64,000 nt of DNA from positions 1-64,000 of the forward strand of contig JBECUL010000004.1 of assembly GCA_040225955.1 (NCBI GenBank), read 5' to 3'. The notes below the pieces were generated by a model. That model was not told the DNA's origin. It saw only the letters and a program-made list of their open reading frames with translations, and did no database searches. Position 1 is the stretch's first letter, and each line of letters opens with the position of its first letter. Source of the DNA: Candidatus Asgardarchaeum abyssi (GTDB lineage Archaea > Asgardarchaeota > Asgardarchaeia > Asgardarchaeales > Asgardarchaeaceae). Of this stretch, positions 60,165 through 64,000 are shown piece after piece. The position numbers were made by a program, and so were the translations under genes.

Positions 60165-61567
60165 TGTTTATGAATCTGGATATACCAAAAGTAGGTCCAG
60201 ATAAGAGCATTAGGGAAACTATGGAAGAGATAAATAGACACGGTTTAGGAATAGCGTTTATTGTTGATAAAGAAGATAGACTTCTAGGTTTAGTTACAGA
60301 TGGAGATATAAGAAGAGCACTCTTGAGAGGAGTAAGCTTAAATGAAAAAATATCCAAAATCATGAACAAGAGCCCAATAAAGATATACAACTTTTGGAAG
60401 AAAGAAGAAGTTAAACGCTATTTGGAATCTCCAGAAGTTAGAAAAAGAGTTCCGAAGTTTAAAGCATTAATTGTACCAGTACTAACAGAGGACAATAGGA
60501 TTATTGGAATTAGAGCTGTGTATAGAGATATCAATAAGGGTGAGTATATTATATCATACTCGACTAAAGAAGTCCGGAGCCCGCAAAAAGTGTTAGTAAT
60601 TGGAGGAGCGGGATATATTGGTTCGGTTTTGGTGAGAATGCTCTTAGAGGAAGGATATCGCGTAAAAGTTATGGATAATTTATTGTATGGGGATCATGGT
60701 ATCAAAGAATTGTATGGTAGAGAGAATTTTGAATTTTTTAAGGGAGATCTAACAAACATAGATGATGCCTTAGAGGCTATGAATGACGTAGATGCGGTAA
60801 TTCATTTAGCGGGTATAGTGGGAGATCCAGCAAGCAAGATAAAACCAAAAGATACATTGAAAATAAATTACTTTTCAACAAGAGTGCTTAGGGACATAGC
60901 CAAATATCTTGGTGTTTCAAAATTTATATTTGCCTCAAGCTGCAGTGTTTATGGATTTAGAGAAGGTATATGTACAGAGGAGACCGAGCCAAACCCTCTT
61001 TCTTTATATGCGGAGACTAAACTAATGTCGGAGAAGGCATTATTAGAGTCAAAAGGGGATGGATTTTGCCCGGTCATATTAAGATTTGCAACCGCATATG
61101 GACTCTCCCCAAGAATGAGATTCGATTTAGTTGTTAACTTACTAATAGCAAAAGCACTTGTAGATAAGGAGATAACAGTGTTCGGGGAGGGAAAACAGTA
61201 TAGACCATTTGTGCACATAAGAGATATTTCAAGGGCAATAATAAAAGTTTTAAAAGCCCCATCTGAAGTGGTATGTGGGGAAGTTTTCAATGTTGGATCG
61301 GACGAACAAAATATAAGCATAAAGGAGCTAGCAGAAAAGATAAAGCAAAAAATTCCAGATGCAGAACTGAAGTTCATAAAGGAAAAAGAAGATAGCAGAA
61401 GTTATATTGTATCATTTAAGAAAATCAGAGAGAAATTAGGGTTTGTACCAAAATATACAATAGAAATGGCTATTAATGAGATAAGAGAAGCTTTTGAGAA
61501 GGGGCTCATTGAAGATTATAAGGATAAAAAATATAGCAATTACAAATCGCTGAATGAAGAGCCTTAA
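60161..61567 (+). CDS. CBS-domain protein fused to an NAD-dependent sugar epimerase/dehydratase
   Basis: LLGLVTDGDIRR CBS motif; GGAGYIGS, ASSCSVYG, YAETK, RMRFDLVVN, RPFVHIRD. Confidence 0.88.
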   Translation: MMFMNLDIPKVGPDKSIRETMEEINRHGLGIAFIVDKEDRLLGLVTDGDIRRALLRGVSLNEKISKIMNKSPIKIYNFWKKEEVKRYLESPEVRKRVPKFKALIVPVLTEDNRIIGIRAVYRDINKGEYIISYSTKEVRSPQKVLVIGGAGYIGSVLVRMLLEEGYRVKVMDNLLYGDHGIKELYGRENFEFFKGDLTNIDDALEAMNDVDAVIHLAGIVGDPASKIKPKDTLKINYFSTRVLRDIAKYLGVSKFIFASSCSVYGFREGICTEETEPNPLSLYAETKLMSEKALLESKGDGFCPVILRFATAYGLSPRMRFDLVVNLLIAKALVDKEITVFGEGKQYRPFVHIRDISRAIIKVLKAPSEVVCGEVFNVGSDEQNISIKELAEKIKQKIPDAELKFIKEKEDSRSYIVSFKKIREKLGFVPKYTIEMAINEIREAFEKGLIEDYKDKKYSNYKSLNEEP

Positions 61568-61757
61568 TAAGTTTTAATGCATCATCAGGATACCCTCTTG
61601 TTTGCCAAATTTTTCTTTTTATTCCCTGCAAAATAAACTACTCATCAATAAATATGTTTCATCATAATTTTTTTAAGAATCGCCTAAGATAATTTAGTTA
61701 ACTCTGCTTGACAATTCTTTAGATGTCGCCTTAAGCATCACAGAAGGGATTCATCAC

Positions 61758-63356
61758 ATGGCTTTAGAAATCGGAAAAAGAATAGCAAAGTGGGCAACAA
61801 TTCTCACAGGCTTAGATTATATAATTCTCATTTCTACATTTGTTTTTTCATTGCTAATAATCGCGAATCTTCAACCTGAGAATTACGGCATCTTTAGTAT
61901 AGCCTCGGCAACTTACCTTGTCATAACGTCGGTTTTGCAGAGCTTTTTTGTCTTACCATTCATACGAACAATTTCAAGGTATTTAGGTAAAAAGGATTTC
62001 ACTGCTATTTCTTATGTGTATGGTCTCTCAACAATAGTGGCTTTAATAAGTTCCATAATCATTGCAATAATACATTTTGAAGCTTCACCATTCATTGCAG
62101 TATACATACTAGGCTATCCAGAAGTCATAGAATATATGAAACTATTATCGATAAACATTGTCACATCACTAATAGCTGCATTGTTCAGAGGTTTTCTCTT
62201 AAGTCTAAAATCTTACAGAAAATTGGCATTAAGTAGATTGGCAGACGGTCTATTTTACATCGTAGGCATATACGCTATGGTTCTAGTTTATGATTGGACA
62301 GTTCTAGCGATTGTTATAGGAACTGATGTATATTTACTATTCTCATGCCTTGTAACAGTATTTTTGGCAATTGCAGAAACAAGAAAAAGAAAAATAGCAT
62401 TTAAAGTGACGTTTCAAAAAACACTACTCAAAGAAACTTTTAGCTTGGGGAAATATTTTATTGTGGGAAACAGCTTGGCTTACATTTTCATAAGATGGGA
62501 TATCTTTGTAGTTTCAATAATAGTTCATGACAGCTTACTGATTGGATATTACTCCTTCGCTAAAAATCTGGTCTATAGAGTAAGATTCTTGTTCACGAAA
62601 GTTAATGCTTTGCTCTACCCAGTTTTCTCAGAACAAGAAGCTAGCTCCGATATCCACACCATGAACAAACTCCTAAAAGCAGGAAACATAATATCCCTGG
62701 TTCTCAGTACACCAATAGCCATATTTGTAGCCATTTTTTCTAAAGAAGGAATAATCTTAGCATCGGTATTCATAGAGAAAATGTACGCATATGTGAATGC
62801 CTCAAATATCCTAGCAATATTCGGCTTGATTTTAATACCATACGCATTGGATGTAGCAATAATACCCTATTTTAACGGAATCGGAGAAGTTGATAAGCTA
62901 GTTAAAGCAAACTCTATCCTGCTAGGCTCATCCTTAATACTACTCCCCGTGCTCTCATTATACTCAAATATAATCGGCGCAGCAATAGCATACGTTACCT
63001 CACAATACTTAAGAACAATATATTGGGTTGCTTCAGCACATAAGAGGGTTGGAATCAATTTTAAGAGATATGTAAATACTCTAATATCATCAGTACTTAG
63101 CATCATAATAGTAAAAGTCTCATTTGATACGCTTGAACAATTATTAGTAGGTTTGGATATAATAGTTCATTCGCACATTTCATTCTTGATAATACCATTA
63201 CTTCTCATTCACAGTTTGATAACATACATCTTTCTTGTAAGAACTAAAGTTATTACGAAAAGAGAAATAAGTATTCTGGAAAGAGGTTTTGGCAAAAACA
63301 AATTAGCTAGGAAATTAATAGATTTTGCTGAGAAAATTGGTAGATTTAAAAAATAA
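61758..63356 (+). CDS. Oligosaccharide flippase (Wzx/MOP family)
   Basis: About 14 hydrophobic helices, PENYG, IGYYSFA, LYPVFS, IIGAAIA. Confidence 0.85.
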   Translation: MALEIGKRIAKWATILTGLDYIILISTFVFSLLIIANLQPENYGIFSIASATYLVITSVLQSFFVLPFIRTISRYLGKKDFTAISYVYGLSTIVALISSIIIAIIHFEASPFIAVYILGYPEVIEYMKLLSINIVTSLIAALFRGFLLSLKSYRKLALSRLADGLFYIVGIYAMVLVYDWTVLAIVIGTDVYLLFSCLVTVFLAIAETRKRKIAFKVTFQKTLLKETFSLGKYFIVGNSLAYIFIRWDIFVVSIIVHDSLLIGYYSFAKNLVYRVRFLFTKVNALLYPVFSEQEASSDIHTMNKLLKAGNIISLVLSTPIAIFVAIFSKEGIILASVFIEKMYAYVNASNILAIFGLILIPYALDVAIIPYFNGIGEVDKLVKANSILLGSSLILLPVLSLYSNIIGAAIAYVTSQYLRTIYWVASAHKRVGINFKRYVNTLISSVLSIIIVKVSFDTLEQLLVGLDIIVHSHISFLIIPLLLIHSLITYIFLVRTKVITKREISILERGFGKNKLARKLIDFAEKIGRFKK

Positions 63357-63594
63357 TTAAATTCGACCAAACTGCAATAATAGTACCGATCATTATCTGA
63401 AAAGATATTTCCGTTCAATATATTTTTAAAATAATTGTTAGAATACCTAAATCATTTATCTTATTTGTTCTACTGCAATATCATATAGGAGTGTTATACA
63501 CAACTAAAAACTAAAAATAGTTTATTATCATAGAGATATTCTCTCGATATGATACCTTTACTTATGACCAATTGAGTTCAACATACCCAAGGAA

Positions 63595-64000
63595 TTATGA
63601 AAATGAAGACAAAAGAATAAACAACCCTGATAATAAAACAATCAGAGACAATAACGTTTTAAGAGGCTTTCGAGGTACTTTTGAATTTAATTTAAATCCT
63701 ATAAAAGTTCCAGGTAAAGTCCCAAGAATTAGTAGGGATGCAAGTATAAAATTGATAGTACCCAGTGTTGAGTGAACCAATGTGCTACTTGAAGTCAGTA
63801 AAAAGCTATAAGGCATAGTAGTTCCGACAATGTTATGAGGACTTAAATTTGTGAAAACCAAAAGGAAAAAAACCACTAATGTGCCGCTACCCACTGAAGT
63901 AAATTGAACAGTAAATCCAACTATAAATCCTATAATTAAAGTTTTAAGAAAAGTTATCTTTCTTTCAGCATGTTTTCTATAAAGATGATTCCCTAATATC
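63595..64000 (-). CDS. TSUP (TauE/SafE sulfite exporter) family membrane protein, 5' end beyond the window
   Basis: Frame is open from the window end; GFIVGFTVQFTSVGSG, IVGT, GTLPGTFIG motifs. Confidence 0.75.
   Translation of the reverse strand, partial: ILGNHLYRKHAERKITFLKTLIIGFIVGFTVQFTSVGSGTLVVFFLLVFTNLSPHNIVGTTMPYSFLLTSSSTLVHSTLGTINFILASLLILGTLPGTFIGFKLNSKVPRKPLKTLLSLIVLLSGLFILLSSFS

Noticed and set aside
1-64000. The many short (60-200 aa) ORFs antisense to or nested in long genes, e.g. 4719..5069, 23659..24264, 27641..28066, 42736..43128, 60949..61377
   Set aside because: Shadow frames of well-supported genes, with Ser/Phe/Ile-rich composition and no motifs
1-64000. CRISPR array, rRNA, intact transposase/integrase or prophage
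   Set aside because: No regularly spaced repeats, rRNA-like tract or recombinase ORF seen by eye; tRNA-Gln is not followed by an integrase and I saw no duplicate of its 3' end

Overview
AT-rich, gene-dense archaeal chromosome segment (group II chaperonin, class I CCA-type enzyme, nurA-herA-mre11-rad50, A1-U72 tRNA-Gln, GAGGTG/GGTGA-type RBSs, frequent TTG/GTG starts). The Lys/Glu/Ile-rich proteins suggest a thermophile. A stand-alone Roadblock/LC7 protein and a eukaryote-like PPP phosphatase are compatible with a TACK/Asgard-type lineage (inference only). About 54 CDS and one tRNA; I saw no rRNA, CRISPR array or intact mobile element. Layout: (1) 1.3-11.5 kb, a co-oriented run nurA-herA-mre11-rad50-cca-beta-CASP nuclease-class II HMG-CoA reductase; (2) 11.6-27 kb, surface-glycan locus (divergent UDP-GlcNAc 2-epimerase, SDR epimerase, four GT4s, flippase, two paralogous AglB/STT3-like GT-C proteins lacking WWDYG, CapK/PaaK-like ligase, polyprenol kinase); (3) tRNA-Gln, two SplB-like radical SAM genes (one apparently ATT-initiated) around a nitrilase, thermosome; (4) 32.2-39.9 kb, putative glycan-tailoring locus (two deacetylase + ATP-grasp pairs, ATP-grasp-HAD fusion, membrane-anchored dTMP-kinase-like protein, two GT-B enzymes); (5) Roadblock protein and a pstSCAB/phoU module flanked by gene relics; (6) knotted-type carbamoyltransferase, PPP phosphatase, membrane-protein trio, decayed spacer, alkA-nth followed by a long hairpin, Trm14; (7) 54-63 kb, nonulosonic (sialic-like) acid cluster with no recognisable NeuC/PseG hydrolase. 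Best candidates for undescribed biology: the deacetylate-then-ligate glycan-tailoring locus, the WWDYG-less AglB-like pair, the nonulosonate cluster with a missing step, and the DSB-repair operon extended by a variant nucleotidyltransferase and a beta-CASP nuclease. All family calls come from motif recognition by eye; no searches were run.
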